Shown: positions 26,575 through 37,681 of the stretch, one piece after another | How the letters are laid out: the number at the start of each line of letters is the position of its first letter | Position numbering within the stretch: position 1 is the first letter of the stretch | Source: a bacterium | GTDB lineage: Bacteria; UBA8248; JACPRG01; G963555815 | Reading direction: 5' to 3' | Assembly: GCA_965218795.1 (NCBI GenBank) | Contig: OZ244653.1 | Span: forward strand, 4,064,001 to 4,128,000 | Length of the DNA stretch: 64,000 bases | The notes under the pieces: model-generated | What the model saw: only the letters and a program-made list of their open reading frames with translations | Database searches by the model: none | What the model was told of the DNA's origin: nothing | Position numbers and translations under genes: made by a program

Positions 26575-27852
26575 TCAACCCCTGCCGGGTCGGCGAATCT
26601 TACTGGGGGCGGCAAGCCAAACGAACCCGCAGGCCCCCGCGGTCGTCAAACCCACCACGACAAAGGCCCACTGATAACTTTGCATCGTGTCGAATATCCA
26701 GCCGCCGAGCCAGGGACCGAACGCGCCCCCCAAACCGAATCCCGCGGCGAGCGCTCCCATAATGGTGCCGAAACTTCGCCCCTGGAAAATGTCGGCGGAC
26801 ACCGACAGGAAAAGCGGGGCCCTCGACCCGAAGCCGAAGCCATAGAGGACGATAAATGCATAGAGGGGCCACATGACATCCCGTCCGAGGATCATCAACA
26901 TCCAAAGACCCGCCAGCATGACGAACGTGCTGTACAGAAACATCCATTCGCGTCCCCAGCGGTCCGACGCGGACCCCCAGAAGAACATGCCCGCGATGGA
27001 TGAAAAGTAAACGAATCCGAACGCCGATGCGGCCATGGGTTTTGAATAGCCCAAATCGACGATATGAGCGACTTGGTGGACGATCATCAATTCCCCCGAG
27101 ACGGATTGCAGGAAGCAGGCGATCAGCAGGTACCAGAAGACCCGCGTCTTGACAGCCTTACCGAGCGTCCAGGAAATTTCCGTCCAAGCCGTATTAACGA
27201 CTTCCAAAACGACCCGATGACCGCCCATCAGGGGTCGGGGCGCGTCGTAGCCCATGTCCTGGGGCCGCTGCCGCTGGAAGATCAGAATGATGGGGGTCAG
27301 AAAAAGAAAGCTCCCGACGCCGATGACGACGAATGCCGCGCGCCACCCAAAGCCGGAAATCAGGTATTGGGCCAGCGGCGTGATGAACAGGGCGCCGGTT
27401 CCCATCCCCATGAAGGCGATCCCCGAGGCCAGCCCGCGGCCTCCTTCGAACCATCGCGCGACGATGGCAGAGTGAGGGACGTATTCGATCATGACGATTC
27501 CTGCCGCAAGGACCACGCCCAACAGCAAGTAGAGCTGCCAGAGATTGTTGCTGATCGAGGCGAAACCGAATCCCGCCGCCACAACCGCCAGCGCGGCGGG
27601 CATCAGGCGCCTGGGGCCCCAGCGGTCGAGAAGCCAGCCGGAAGCCGGGGCCAGAGCCGCGTAGACGAGGCGGTGAACGGAGTAAATCCCCGCCGTTTCC
27701 GCCCGGCCCCATCCGAACTCCTCGAACAGGGCGACATAAAAGACGCTGAAGCAGTGCCGAAGCCCGAACCCGAACGTGAGGGTCAGCAGGCAGACCCCCA
27801 CGACGACCCAGCCGTAATAAAATCGCGATTCTGTAGGGGCGGAGGCGTCCAA
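26575..27852 (-). CDS. MFS transporter (OFA/MCT-like)
   Basis: YYGWVVV, GWLLDRWGPR, RWF..RGLASG, SDRWGR; about 12 hydrophobic segments. Confidence 0.92.
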   Translation of the reverse strand: MDASAPTESRFYYGWVVVGVCLLTLTFGFGLRHCFSVFYVALFEEFGWGRAETAGIYSVHRLVYAALAPASGWLLDRWGPRRLMPAALAVVAAGFGFASISNNLWQLYLLLGVVLAAGIVMIEYVPHSAIVARWFEGGRGLASGIAFMGMGTGALFITPLAQYLISGFGWRAAFVVIGVGSFLFLTPIILIFQRQRPQDMGYDAPRPLMGGHRVVLEVVNTAWTEISWTLGKAVKTRVFWYLLIACFLQSVSGELMIVHQVAHIVDLGYSKPMAASAFGFVYFSSIAGMFFWGSASDRWGREWMFLYSTFVMLAGLWMLMILGRDVMWPLYAFIVLYGFGFGSRAPLFLSVSADIFQGRSFGTIMGALAAGFGLGGAFGPWLGGWIFDTMQSYQWAFVVVGLTTAGACGFVWLAAPSKIRRPGRG

Positions 27853-28066
27853 AGAACCCTTCCGATCAGGAGCCGGGGAATTCTATCCGTACGGAAATGG
27901 ATTGCGGCCCCGGCCGAGGGCCCCGGCCTTTGTGCACGGGCGGGAATCGGACTCAACCGAAGACAGCTGCGATCCTCTCATGCGGGCGGATGGGCGACAG
28001 GAATCCCTCATGGTTTCCGCCGGTCATAAGTCACACGGGGCGTTCTTCCGGTCTGGATGACCCGAA

Positions 28067-29068
28067 TCAGCCCACCCACTCGGACAGACTGATCGACCTG
28101 CCTTCCGCGGAAGACTTGACGATGGCCTCGACCGCGGCGATGGCCTGGATTCCTTCCACGCCTCCGACCTCGGGCCGGCCGCCGTCTCGCACGCACCGGC
28201 CGAACTCATCCATCTCCTCCACGAGGATATCGACCGGCTCGCCCAATTCCACCGGCTCGCGTTCCTCGCTTCCCTTTTTCTGGAGGAAAAGCCTCGCGCC
28301 CTCGGCCTCGGAAAAGACGTTGGCTTCCGTGCCGTACACATTGAGGTAGAAAATCCGGGGCGTCGCAAAGTTCGACCCCACATACCCCAGCGCACCTGAT
28401 TCGAACTCGGCGATGGCCGTCACCGTATCGTCGATGTCCACCGGAGAAATGAGCCGCTTGGAGAAGGCCGAGATCCGCTGAATCGGACCCAGCAGGTAGG
28501 CCAGGGTATCCAGGTGATGGATGCCCAGGCTGGTGAGGGGGCCGCCGGGGCTTTCCGTCCGGTTGGAGCGCCACATGGTGTCGTCCAGGGTGAAGGCCAG
28601 GCCGTAGGACAGGTTCGCCTCGGCCGTGATCACGGTGCCCAGCGTTCCGTCGTCGATCATGGCCTTGATCTTCCGCGCTGCCGTCTGGTGCCGCCGGCTG
28701 TGACCGACGGACAGGACCACCCCGGCCTCCTCACAAGCCGCCGCGGCCGCCTTGGCTTCCTTTACGGTGTGGGCCAACGGCTTTTCGACGAAAACGTGCT
28801 TCCCCGCGCGGGCGGAGTCTTCGATATTCTCCCGATGCGACGTGTGGGGCGTGGTCAGCAGGACGCCTTCCACCTCGGGATCGGACAGGACTTCTTCGTA
28901 GGTTTCCGCCTGCCGGCAGCCGTATTGTTCGGCAAAGCCCGCCCGCTTTTCGGGGTTCCGGGTAAAGCAGGTCACAATCTCCAGAGCGTCGGTCTGCGCG
29001 ACCGCGTCCGCCAACATTCCCGACCACCATCCAATACCAATACTCGCCACCTTCACGGGATTCGCCAT
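28067..29068 (-). CDS. Gfo/Idh/MocA family oxidoreductase
   Basis: IGIGWW, TPH..H, GKHVFVEKP, GIHHLD. Confidence 0.93.
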   Translation of the reverse strand: MANPVKVASIGIGWWSGMLADAVAQTDALEIVTCFTRNPEKRAGFAEQYGCRQAETYEEVLSDPEVEGVLLTTPHTSHRENIEDSARAGKHVFVEKPLAHTVKEAKAAAAACEEAGVVLSVGHSRRHQTAARKIKAMIDDGTLGTVITAEANLSYGLAFTLDDTMWRSNRTESPGGPLTSLGIHHLDTLAYLLGPIQRISAFSKRLISPVDIDDTVTAIAEFESGALGYVGSNFATPRIFYLNVYGTEANVFSEAEGARLFLQKKGSEEREPVELGEPVDILVEEMDEFGRCVRDGGRPEVGGVEGIQAIAAVEAIVKSSAEGRSISLSEWVG

Positions 29069-29198
29069 GGGCGCATTCCTCCGTTTCTCTCATGCCGGCC
29101 TCACCGGCCGTTGGGTCAATCGGTTGGGGGAACAAGGAGAATCCAACCGGATGGCAAAGAGCCGCGCATCTCCCGGCGCGGCCGTCTCCGGTCATGGC

Positions 29199-30641
29199 TC
29201 ACTCGGACAGCTTCTCTTTTATGATCTCCTGAACGACTTGCGGGTTAGCCTTACCGCCCGTCGCCTTCATGACTTGACCCATGAAGAACCCGAGCAGTTT
29301 GGTTTTTCCCGACTTGTATTGTTCAAGCTCTTTCGGATACCCAGCCAGCACCTCATCGACCGCGGACTCGAGCGCCCCCTCATCGGTGACCTGTTTGAGA
29401 CCTTTCGACTCCACGATTCCCGCCGGCTCGCCGCCCGTGGCGAACATCTCTTCGAAAACGGTCTTGGCGATCTTCCCGCTGATGGTGTCATCCTCGATCA
29501 GTTTCACCAGCGCCGCCAGATTCTCCGGTTGGACCGGAGATTCGCTGATGTCTTTTTTCGAATCCTTCAACGCGCCCATCAGGTCGCCCATCACCCAATT
29601 GCTGACTGGCTTGGGCGAGGGATGGGCCCGGACGGCCGCTTCGTAATAATCAGCCAATTCGCGGGATGTCGCCAGGATGCCCGCGTCATAGGCCGGAATC
29701 CCGTACTCCTCCACAAAGCGCTTCTTCTTTGCGTTCGGAAGCTCCGGCATGTCCGCCCGGATTTCATCCAGCCACTCCTGCCCGACGACGACGGGCACGA
29801 GGTCGGGGTCGGGGAAGTACCGGTAATCGTGGGCGTACTCCTTCGTCCGCATGGAGTGGGTGGTCCCCTGGGCTTGGTCCCACAGGCGCGTCTCCTGGAC
29901 GATTTGCCCGCCTTTTTCCAGGGTCCGGATCTGGCGGTCCCGCTCATATTCGAGAGCCCGCTGGAGGAACCGGAACGAGTTGATGTTTTTCAGCTCGGTC
30001 TTGGTCCCCAGTTCCTGAGCTCCCGCCGGACGGACGGACAGGTTGGCGTCCACGCGCAGACTGCCTTCTTCCATATTTCCGTCGCAGATGTCCAGATACT
30101 GAACCAGGGTTCGGAGCTTCTGGACGTATTCCCGGGCCTCCGCGGGAGTGGCCAGGTCCGGTTCGCTCACGAGCTCCAGCAGCGGAGTGCCGGCGCGGTT
30201 GAGATCCACGTAGCTGGCCTTGGGGTCGTCCAGGTTCTCACCGTGAATCAGCTTTCCGGCATCCTCCTCGATGTGGATGCGGACCAGCCGGATTCGCTTG
30301 GGTCCCCCGTCGACGTCGATGTCCACGTGCCCGCCCGTTGCGAGGGGAAGCTCGTATTGGGAGATTTGATAATCTTTGGGGAGGTCCGGATAGAAGTAGT
30401 TTTTCCGGGCGAAGCGGCTGCGGAGCTCAATTCGGCTCTCGGTCGCCAGAGCGAGACGGAGGAGAAATCCGATCGCCCGCTTGTTGAGGACCGGCAGCAC
30501 GCCCGGCATCCCCAGGCAGACCGGGCACGTATTGGCATTGGGCTCGGCCCCGAATGCCGTACTGCACCCGCAGAAAATTTTGGAGCGGGTTTTGAGCTGG
30601 GCGTGAACCTCAAGCCCGATGACGGTTTCGAAGTCGGCCAT
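29199..30641 (-). CDS. gatB: Asp/Glu-tRNA amidotransferase subunit B
   Basis: [46 protein letters not shown]. Confidence 0.98.
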   Translation of the reverse strand: MADFETVIGLEVHAQLKTRSKIFCGCSTAFGAEPNANTCPVCLGMPGVLPVLNKRAIGFLLRLALATESRIELRSRFARKNYFYPDLPKDYQISQYELPLATGGHVDIDVDGGPKRIRLVRIHIEEDAGKLIHGENLDDPKASYVDLNRAGTPLLELVSEPDLATPAEAREYVQKLRTLVQYLDICDGNMEEGSLRVDANLSVRPAGAQELGTKTELKNINSFRFLQRALEYERDRQIRTLEKGGQIVQETRLWDQAQGTTHSMRTKEYAHDYRYFPDPDLVPVVVGQEWLDEIRADMPELPNAKKKRFVEEYGIPAYDAGILATSRELADYYEAAVRAHPSPKPVSNWVMGDLMGALKDSKKDISESPVQPENLAALVKLIEDDTISGKIAKTVFEEMFATGGEPAGIVESKGLKQVTDEGALESAVDEVLAGYPKELEQYKSGKTKLLGFFMGQVMKATGGKANPQVVQEIIKEKLSE

Positions 30642-30651
30642 CCCGCGTGCC

Positions 30652-32118
30652 TCAAAGCTCCGGATGCATGCGATGAAAATCCGTTTCCCGAAGGTAGGCG
30701 TCCGAGACCCGGAGAATTGTTTCTTCGTCGAACGTCCGGCCGAGAAGCTGGAGCCCCACCGGAAGCCCCGCCGAAGTCAGCCCGCAGGGAATGCTGATAC
30801 CCGGCAGGCCGGCCATATTGCAAGGGATTGTGAACGCGTCGGAGAGGTACATGGTCAGGGGGTCCCCCATGCGCTCGCCGATCTTGAAGGCTGCGGTCGG
30901 AGCGGTCGCCGACAAGACGATGTCCACATCCCGGAAGGCCCGGTCGAAGTCCTCGCGAATGAGTGATCGGACCTTGAGGGCCTTCAGATAAAAGGCGTCG
31001 TAGTACCCGGAGCTCAGAACGTAGGTGCCGATCATGATACGCCGCTTCACCTCGGCGCCGAAGCCTTCGGCCCGCGTCTGCCGGTAGGTCTCGATGAGTT
31101 CCCCGGGCTCGAGGGTCCGGTAGCCGTACCGGACGCCGTCGTACCGCGCCAGGTTGCTTGAGGCCTCGGCAGGAGCGACGATGTGATAGGTGGCCACGCC
31201 GTACCGGCTGGAGGGGAGCGAGATCTCCTTCATCTCCGCCCCCATTCGGCGCAAAACATCGGTGGCCTCGTCGATCCGGGCCTGAACGTCCGGGTCCATC
31301 CCTTCGATGTTGAATTCCTTGGGCAGGCCGATCTTCAAGCCTTTGATGTTGCCGGTCAATGCCTCGGTGAAATCCGGCACGGGCACGTCGGAGGAGGTCG
31401 AATCAAGGGGGTCCTTGCCGCTGATGAAGTTGAGGAGGAGCGCCGCGTCGCGCGCGTCATGCGTCATCGGGCCGATCTGATCCAGAGAGGAGGCGAAAGC
31501 GATCAGACCAAAGCGCGACACCCGTCCGTAGGTCGGCTTGAGGCCGACAATCCCGCAGCAGGCGGCCGGCTGACGGATAGAGCCGCCCGTGTCCGAGCCC
31601 AGGGCGGCGGCGCACATCCCGGCCCCGACGGCCGCCGCGCTTCCGCCGCTCGATCCGCCCGGAATGGTCTCCGGGTTCCACGGGTTTTTGACGATGCCGA
31701 ACCAGGACGTCTCGTTGGAGGAGCCCATGGCGAATTCGTCCATGTTGGTCTTTCCCAGGAAGACGGCCCCGGCATCGCGCAGGCGGGTGACCACGGTGGC
31801 ATCGTATGGCGCGACGAAATTACTGAGGATTTTCGAGCCGCACGTCGTTTTCATGCCGTGCGTGCAGAGCAGGTCCTTGAGCGCAATAGGGACGCCCGTC
31901 AGGGGGGTCACCCCCTCGCCTTTCCGGCGCCGTTCGTCCGCCGCCCGCGCCATTCGCAGGACATCCTCTTCCTCCACTGTGATGTAGGAATTGATCTCCG
32001 GGTCGATTTTCCCGATGCGATCCAGGAAGGTCCGCGCGAGCTCCTCGGATGCATATTCGCCTCTTGCGAGGCCATCCGAGAGTTCGTGCAACGGGGCGTA
32101 ATGTATCCGTTCAGTCAT
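30652..32118 (-). CDS. gatA: Asp/Glu-tRNA amidotransferase subunit A
   Basis: [42 protein letters not shown]. Confidence 0.98.
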   Translation of the reverse strand: MTERIHYAPLHELSDGLARGEYASEELARTFLDRIGKIDPEINSYITVEEEDVLRMARAADERRRKGEGVTPLTGVPIALKDLLCTHGMKTTCGSKILSNFVAPYDATVVTRLRDAGAVFLGKTNMDEFAMGSSNETSWFGIVKNPWNPETIPGGSSGGSAAAVGAGMCAAALGSDTGGSIRQPAACCGIVGLKPTYGRVSRFGLIAFASSLDQIGPMTHDARDAALLLNFISGKDPLDSTSSDVPVPDFTEALTGNIKGLKIGLPKEFNIEGMDPDVQARIDEATDVLRRMGAEMKEISLPSSRYGVATYHIVAPAEASSNLARYDGVRYGYRTLEPGELIETYRQTRAEGFGAEVKRRIMIGTYVLSSGYYDAFYLKALKVRSLIREDFDRAFRDVDIVLSATAPTAAFKIGERMGDPLTMYLSDAFTIPCNMAGLPGISIPCGLTSAGLPVGLQLLGRTFDEETILRVSDAYLRETDFHRMHPEL

Positions 32119-32174
32119 GTTTCCTTCCCGGCACAGTCGGGGTAGAGTGCCCCCTCCCGCCGGTGTCGGCAGAA

Positions 32175-32774
32175 TCAGGCCGGAAGAGTATTCAATATCT
32201 CAGATTGCAGCACCGACGCCAGAACGGGAATCGCGGCCTCCCCCTCGGAGTCGATCCGGACTACCAGGCTGTCTCCCTTCCGGTCCGAAAGGACTCGAAT
32301 TCCCGGATGACCCGACAGCCGTTCCTCGATTCGGGCCAGTGCGCTTTCCGAGTGAAGTGAAGCGGCGCTCGCGGATAAACGGTTCAGATTCAATTCCAGC
32401 TCAACGTCTCCCTCCTGTTGCCGGATTTCAGCGATCCGTATCCTTCGCAGGCTCGAAGTCAACCACAGGTCGGCCCGCCCTGCGGCGAGGATCTGGACGG
32501 AGATATCCTGCCGGGTCCGGGTTAATTCCCTCCGGAGACTTTCAAACGTTCCGCTTCCAGGGGCTCCCGGCTGTTCTCCGGAACGTTCGCTTCGTGGAGC
32601 GCCTTGCCACGGATCCTCAAGGAGATCGATGATGCGATCCAACCGTCTCTTGACGCCGAACACTCCAAAGGGGAGCGCGACCCACAGCACGACCCACACC
32701 ACCAGAATGGCCCAGACGAGCGGCAGGAAGATGGTGATGGGGCCCGCGTCAAAAAATGAGGAGTAACCGGTCAT
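32175..32774 (-). CDS. Hypothetical membrane-anchored protein
   Basis: One N-terminal hydrophobic segment; co-oriented between hflC and gatA; GGGAG RBS. Confidence 0.6.
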   Translation of the reverse strand: MTGYSSFFDAGPITIFLPLVWAILVVWVVLWVALPFGVFGVKRRLDRIIDLLEDPWQGAPRSERSGEQPGAPGSGTFESLRRELTRTRQDISVQILAAGRADLWLTSSLRRIRIAEIRQQEGDVELELNLNRLSASAASLHSESALARIEERLSGHPGIRVLSDRKGDSLVVRIDSEGEAAIPVLASVLQSEILNTLPA

Positions 32775-32857
32775 GGCTCCCCGGGCCGGGCGTTCGAGAC
32801 GTGCTCGGGCATCGGATGATGGATGATCCCGCCGTCCGCTCTGCCGTGCGCCGGCAC

Positions 32858-33712
32858 TTACTTCTTGAACAAGTGCTCCAGAAATTCGGATTGGGGAGGC
32901 AACAGGAGGGTCGTTCCGGTCTTGAGTGACTTCTTATAGGCCTCCAGGGTCCTCAGGAAGCCGTAAAATTCCGGGTCCTTCTCATACGCCTCGGCGTAAA
33001 TGGTGACGGCCCTGGCGTCTCCCTGTCCGCGGATCTGCTGTTCCTTCTGGTAGGCGTCAGCCAACAGGATGGTCTTCTCTTTGTCGGTTTCGGCCCGAAT
33101 TTTCAAGGCTTGCTCCTGGCCCTCAGAGCGATACCGCCTGGCGATTCGCTGCCGCTCCGCCTGCATCCGTCCGAACACGGCCTTCTCGTTTTCCGGGGGA
33201 AGGTCCGCGCGCTTGATCCGGACGTCCACGATTCGGATCCCGTAATCCCGGGCCTTCTTCTCGGCTCGCAGGGTGACCTGTTCCATGATGATCGACCGGT
33301 CCTTGGAGACGATGTCCACCAAGTCTTTCCGTGCCAAATCGACACGAAGCTCGGAGTAGATGATGTCGTCCAAGCGGGCCTGCGCCCCCTCTTCGGTCCG
33401 GACGGTTTGCAGATACTTCAGCGGGGAGATGATCTGCCATTTGGCAAAGTTGTCGACGACCAGGGTCTTCTTGTCTTTGGTGATGATGGGCCGGGCGCTG
33501 GCGTCGTATTCGAGAATCCGCTTATCGAAATATCGCACCTGCTGGATGAAGGGAGTCCTCCAGTGAAGCCCAGGCTGCTTCACGCCCGAAATCGGTCTTC
33601 CCAACTGAAGGACGATGGCCTGCTCCCCTTCGTCCACGGTGAAGAACATCGCCCGCGCCCCGATGATAACGACCAGGAGAATAATCAAGACAAGAAGCTG
33701 TTTTTTTTGCAT
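32858..33712 (-). CDS. hflC: FtsH modulator HflC
   Basis: SPFH domain; PGLHW, DKRIL, DVRIKRADLP, RMQAER, DPEFY.FLRTLEAY. Confidence 0.96.
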   Translation of the reverse strand: MQKKQLLVLIILLVVIIGARAMFFTVDEGEQAIVLQLGRPISGVKQPGLHWRTPFIQQVRYFDKRILEYDASARPIITKDKKTLVVDNFAKWQIISPLKYLQTVRTEEGAQARLDDIIYSELRVDLARKDLVDIVSKDRSIIMEQVTLRAEKKARDYGIRIVDVRIKRADLPPENEKAVFGRMQAERQRIARRYRSEGQEQALKIRAETDKEKTILLADAYQKEQQIRGQGDARAVTIYAEAYEKDPEFYGFLRTLEAYKKSLKTGTTLLLPPQSEFLEHLFKK

Positions 33713-34747
33713 TTACTGATTTCCCTTGGATCCGGTCAGCGGGTTCCCGCTCCCTTCGCCCAGTGGAAGAATGGGGAGGACCCCGCTCTTTTGTTGATCG
33801 AGAATCACCTTCTTGATTCCGGGCAGGATATCTTCCATCGTCTCGAGATAAAGACGCTTCCGGGTCACATTCTTCGCTTTCAAATATTCATCCAGGATCT
33901 GTTTGAACCGGTCCGCGTCCCCCGTGGCCCTGCGGATCTTCTCGGCCCGGTAGGCTTCCGACTGATTGAGGATTTCGGACACCTTCCCGCGCGTCTCGGG
34001 GATGATGGCATTCCGATATCCCTGGGCTTCGTTGATGATCCGGTTCTTGTCCTCCCGGGCGCTGGCCACGTCGATGAAGGCATCGCGGACCTGCTGGGGC
34101 GGGTTGACGTCCTGGAGTTGAACCGCCACCACGCGGAGGCCGACATGATAGTTATCCAGAATCTTCTGGATGAGTATCATGGTTTCCGCCTGGATTTGCG
34201 GCTTCCCCGTGGTCAGGGCTTCGTCTATGACCTTGCTGCCCACCACTTCGCGGAGGGCGGCTTCCGCGGCGTCCCGCACGGTCCCGTTGGGGTCCCGGAC
34301 CTGGAAAAGATACTGGGCCGGATCGGAGATCAGGAACTGGACGATCAGGTCGACGTCCACGATGTTTTCATCTCCGGTCAGCATCAGGGATTCCTGCGGC
34401 CGGTCCGCATAGCGCGCGGGCGGCCCCGGATCGATGGTGCGGAAGCCGATCTCCACGCGCTTCACCTCGGTCACTTTCGGCGTGAAGACGGTTTCGATGG
34501 GATAGGGCAAGTGGTAATTCAGGCCAGAATCAGTGATGGCGCTCAGCATTCCGAATCGAAGGACGACGCCCTTCTGGTCCGGTCCTACGGTGTAGATTCC
34601 GGTGGCGAGCCAGATGAGGATGGCGATAACGACTATGTACGAAAATCCCCTCTTGCCAAAATTGGGGATTTTGATGTTCGGCATCTGGAACTGCTGTCCC
34701 GGTCCCCGCCCTGAACTCCGCCGTTTTCGAAATTCATCCCAGTCCAA
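33713..34747 (-). CDS. hflK: FtsH modulator HflK
   Basis: GVVLRFG, MLTGDENIV, PP.QVRDAF.DV, VTRKRLYLETME. Confidence 0.96.
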   Translation of the reverse strand: MDWDEFRKRRSSGRGPGQQFQMPNIKIPNFGKRGFSYIVVIAILIWLATGIYTVGPDQKGVVLRFGMLSAITDSGLNYHLPYPIETVFTPKVTEVKRVEIGFRTIDPGPPARYADRPQESLMLTGDENIVDVDLIVQFLISDPAQYLFQVRDPNGTVRDAAEAALREVVGSKVIDEALTTGKPQIQAETMILIQKILDNYHVGLRVVAVQLQDVNPPQQVRDAFIDVASAREDKNRIINEAQGYRNAIIPETRGKVSEILNQSEAYRAEKIRRATGDADRFKQILDEYLKAKNVTRKRLYLETMEDILPGIKKVILDQQKSGVLPILPLGEGSGNPLTGSKGNQ

Positions 34748-34785
34748 GAGAAATTCTCCACATTCGAGTTAGGCTTCTACCAATC

Positions 34786-34814
34786 AACATATATCCTGCC
34801 GCAGCGGAAGTCAA
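34786..34814 (-). promoter_or_regulatory. Possible sigma70 promoter of hflKC
   Basis: Minus strand TTGACT-N17-TATGTT about 40 nt upstream of the hflK start. Confidence 0.4.
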
Positions 34815-35182
34815 AGCCAACGGCCGATACCGCTTCTCCATTCACCCGATCGGATTCGGGGGAGCCCCAAAGGCAGGGCCGATTCCGGGCGTGAAATAAA
34901 GTGCCCAACGCGACTCGATTCCCGGTCTTTGCGGCGGCTTGTAAGCCTTGGCGAGGCCATTGTTCATGAGGGGGAGCGTGAAAGAACCTGAACCGGTGAT
35001 GTAAATTCGTGAGTGTAGAAAATCGCGACAGTTCAGAGTTCCGGTATTCCGTTGTTTTCCGAAAAGCATCCGATATCAAGCAGCTCCTCAGCCGGTGAGC
35101 GTGCTCTCCACTTGAACCCGATTCGAATTGATGAACTCAGCAGAATACCCGGGTTCCGCAATGTAAGGTCAGCCGCTTTGGG

Positions 35183-36463
35183 TCATCCCTGACGAAACGG
35201 GAACCGCTCTTTCGGTCGGTTGAAGTACCCCACGTCCAAGGCGGGAAACCTCTCCCGGAGCCATTCCAGAAAACCTACAACGCCAATGATGTCGCCCGCC
35301 GCGGCCGGCACCGTGTTCATGTAAACCAGCGGGTCGATGCAAAGGTTTTTCGTCTGGACCATGTGCAGGCCGGTTTCTTCGATCAGGCTCTCCAGCGCTT
35401 CCATCTCCTCCACCCGGTCGGTCACTCCGGGGAATATCAAATAGTTCAGGGAAACGAACAGCCCCTCCCGCGCCCCGCGGCGGATGGACTCCCGTACGTC
35501 GCCAAAACGGTAGTCTTTTGGCCGGTAGTAAGGGGTGTAGACCTCGTCCCGCGCGCTGTTCAGGCTGACCCGGATGCTGTCGAGTCCTGCACGGGCGAGC
35601 TCTACTACCGCCTCCGGCAGACTTCCATTCGTGTTGAGGTGGATGGTTCCGCGGTCGGTCTCTGACCGAATGCGTTCTATCGCTGCCTTCAGCAGGGGGG
35701 TCTGCATGAGGGGGTCGCCGTCGCAGCCCTGGCCGAAGCTCACAATGGCGTCCTCCGCTCCGTTCAAGTGGGAGACCGCGACGGAGGCCAGCTCTTCGAC
35801 CTCGGGGACGAATGAAATCCGGTTGTGCGAGGCCGGGAACTCCCCGTCCGGCTGAAAGGAGATGCACCCGACGCAATCCGCATTGCAAACGGCCGTCGTC
35901 GGCAGAGGGGCCTCCCATCTCCCATAGAAAAGATTTTTCGCGGCGAAGCAATGGTATTGCGTCGCACAATGGGCGATGTGCGCCAGGAGGCGGTTCCCGG
36001 GCTCCTCCGCCACCCGGCGTTGAATCAGGCCCTCGATTTCCAGGTCGTCATAGATCGCCGGGTCCTGCCTGGGGCTGGGGTCCACGCGCACCGCGGCGGC
36101 GACGAATCCGTCGTCCTTCCAGCCCACGGCGGTGTACGCCCACAAGGGAAGAAGTATCCGGTTTTCGGGGCAATCGGAGGCGGGAAGCAGAGTTCGGGCG
36201 AAGCCGGGCGCCGGGAACGCGGCCACTGCCGCCAGACCCGAACCCGCGGAGACGAAGGTCTCGCGCTCCGCGTTCCAGCCGATGGGTTCTCCTTCGGGCA
36301 GGAAGAAAAACTTGCTCCCCTCGGGAATCGGAGACAGTTCTTCAGGCTCGGGCCGGACCAAATCGCCGCCCGAAAGCCCTGCCATCTCCAACTCGGGCAG
36401 ATCGATGATTCGCCCCTGGGCATCGGCGAATACGGTGGTGGGTGATTCTGAACCTGGACCCAT
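35183..36463 (-). CDS. Radical SAM protein of unknown function
   Basis: CNADCVGC (CxxxCxxC), SFGQGCDGDP, NTNGS, DSIRVSLNS. Confidence 0.9.
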   Translation of the reverse strand: MGPGSESPTTVFADAQGRIIDLPELEMAGLSGGDLVRPEPEELSPIPEGSKFFFLPEGEPIGWNAERETFVSAGSGLAAVAAFPAPGFARTLLPASDCPENRILLPLWAYTAVGWKDDGFVAAAVRVDPSPRQDPAIYDDLEIEGLIQRRVAEEPGNRLLAHIAHCATQYHCFAAKNLFYGRWEAPLPTTAVCNADCVGCISFQPDGEFPASHNRISFVPEVEELASVAVSHLNGAEDAIVSFGQGCDGDPLMQTPLLKAAIERIRSETDRGTIHLNTNGSLPEAVVELARAGLDSIRVSLNSARDEVYTPYYRPKDYRFGDVRESIRRGAREGLFVSLNYLIFPGVTDRVEEMEALESLIEETGLHMVQTKNLCIDPLVYMNTVPAAAGDIIGVVGFLEWLRERFPALDVGYFNRPKERFPFRQG

Positions 36464-36622
36464 GGTCGAATCAGGCTCTCCACAAGACGATTGGCTCGAG
36501 AGCGGCGGCGGACGGCGCCTCGTCACGGTTGAATACGGTTTGGCCTATTCTGAGCCGGATGATTGTCAAGCCCATTCTCTATCCAACTCTCAGAAATACG
36601 ATTTCCTTGAACGCTTGCCAAC

Positions 36623-36656
36623 AAAAAATGACGGGCGGAGGAAATTTCCTCCGCCC
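36623..36656 (-). terminator. Intrinsic terminator after msrP
   Basis: GGGCGGAGGA-AATT-TCCTCCGCCC hairpin with a T6 tract on the minus strand. Confidence 0.8.
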
Positions 36657-36706
36657 CTCGATCATCAAGCGTCAACTCGGAATCCACCGTGAATTCCGCG
36701 GATGGA

Positions 36707-37681
36707 TTACATGAAGAATTTGCGGTCCTTTTTCTTCGGGTACAGGTCGGCCACCCACTTCCCGTAGCCGTTGAAGATTTGCGTGGGGCGCCGCTTGTCC
36801 GTTCCGAGCATACGCTCCGACGCCTGCGACCACCGCGGATGCGGGACTTGGGGATTGACGTTCGCCCAGAAACCGTACTCCCTGGGCGCCAGCTTTTCCC
36901 AGAAGCTCACAGGCCGCTTCTCTGTGAACTCGATGGAGACGATGGACTTGATGCTCTTGAATCCGTATTTCCACGGGGTGATGAGCCGGATCGGCGCACC
37001 GTGCTGCTTGGGCAGGGGTTTTCCGTAGATCCCCGTGACGAACATGGCCATCTCGTTCATTCCTTCCTCGATGGTCAGTCCCTCCACGTAAGGCCACGGG
37101 TACCAGATCTGAAGTTGCCCGAGGGCCACCTTCCGGTTGAGGAAGGTTGTCATCTTGATGAATTTGGCGTTGTTCTTGGGCTCCACCGTTTTGATGAGCG
37201 CGGAGATAGGGAACCCCGTCCAGGGAACCGCCATGGCCCAGGCCTCGACGCATCGGAACCGGAGAAGGCGCTCTTCCAGCGGCATGGAGCGGACCAGTGA
37301 GTCCATGTCGTACGTCTTGGGCTTCCGCACCAATCCGTGGACTTTCACTTCCCAGGGACGGGTCTTCAGCCGCTGGGCCAGCCGATGAATCGTCTTCGTT
37401 CCGCCGAACTCATAGAAATTGTTGTACTTCGTTGCGACAGACTCCTCGGTGAGAGGGCGGTCCAGCGTGAATGCCGGATTCCGCTTGGCGGGGTAGAGGT
37501 CCAAGGTCATGTCCTTCGGTTCCTTGGCCTCCGCCAGTTTCGGCAGGCCTGCGGCCCCGAGGATTCCGCCGGCCACAACGCCTGCGCTGCCGGCCAAAAA
37601 CTTCCGCCGGTTCATGAAGATGGATTCCGGCGTCGCCTCCCGCTCCGGCATCGCCCACTCGGGTTTCCGATGATAATGCAT
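36707..37681 (-). CDS. msrP: Periplasmic methionine sulfoxide reductase catalytic subunit (Mo)
   Basis: Tat signal NRRKFL, YNNFYEFG, FRCVEAW, HGAPIRL..PWKYGFKSIK, HPRWSQASER. Confidence 0.96.
   Translation of the reverse strand: MHYHRKPEWAMPEREATPESIFMNRRKFLAGSAGVVAGGILGAAGLPKLAEAKEPKDMTLDLYPAKRNPAFTLDRPLTEESVATKYNNFYEFGGTKTIHRLAQRLKTRPWEVKVHGLVRKPKTYDMDSLVRSMPLEERLLRFRCVEAWAMAVPWTGFPISALIKTVEPKNNAKFIKMTTFLNRKVALGQLQIWYPWPYVEGLTIEEGMNEMAMFVTGIYGKPLPKQHGAPIRLITPWKYGFKSIKSIVSIEFTEKRPVSFWEKLAPREYGFWANVNPQVPHPRWSQASERMLGTDKRRPTQIFNGYGKWVADLYPKKKDRKFFM

Noticed and set aside
27834-27848. GTAGGGGCG REP-like start
   Set aside because: Lies inside the MFS coding start, has no palindrome and no further copies were seen.
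34815-35182. 370-nt intergenic gap possibly holding an ncRNA or small gene
   Set aside because: No recognisable RNA motif, only weak stems, and the candidate ORFs lack convincing features.
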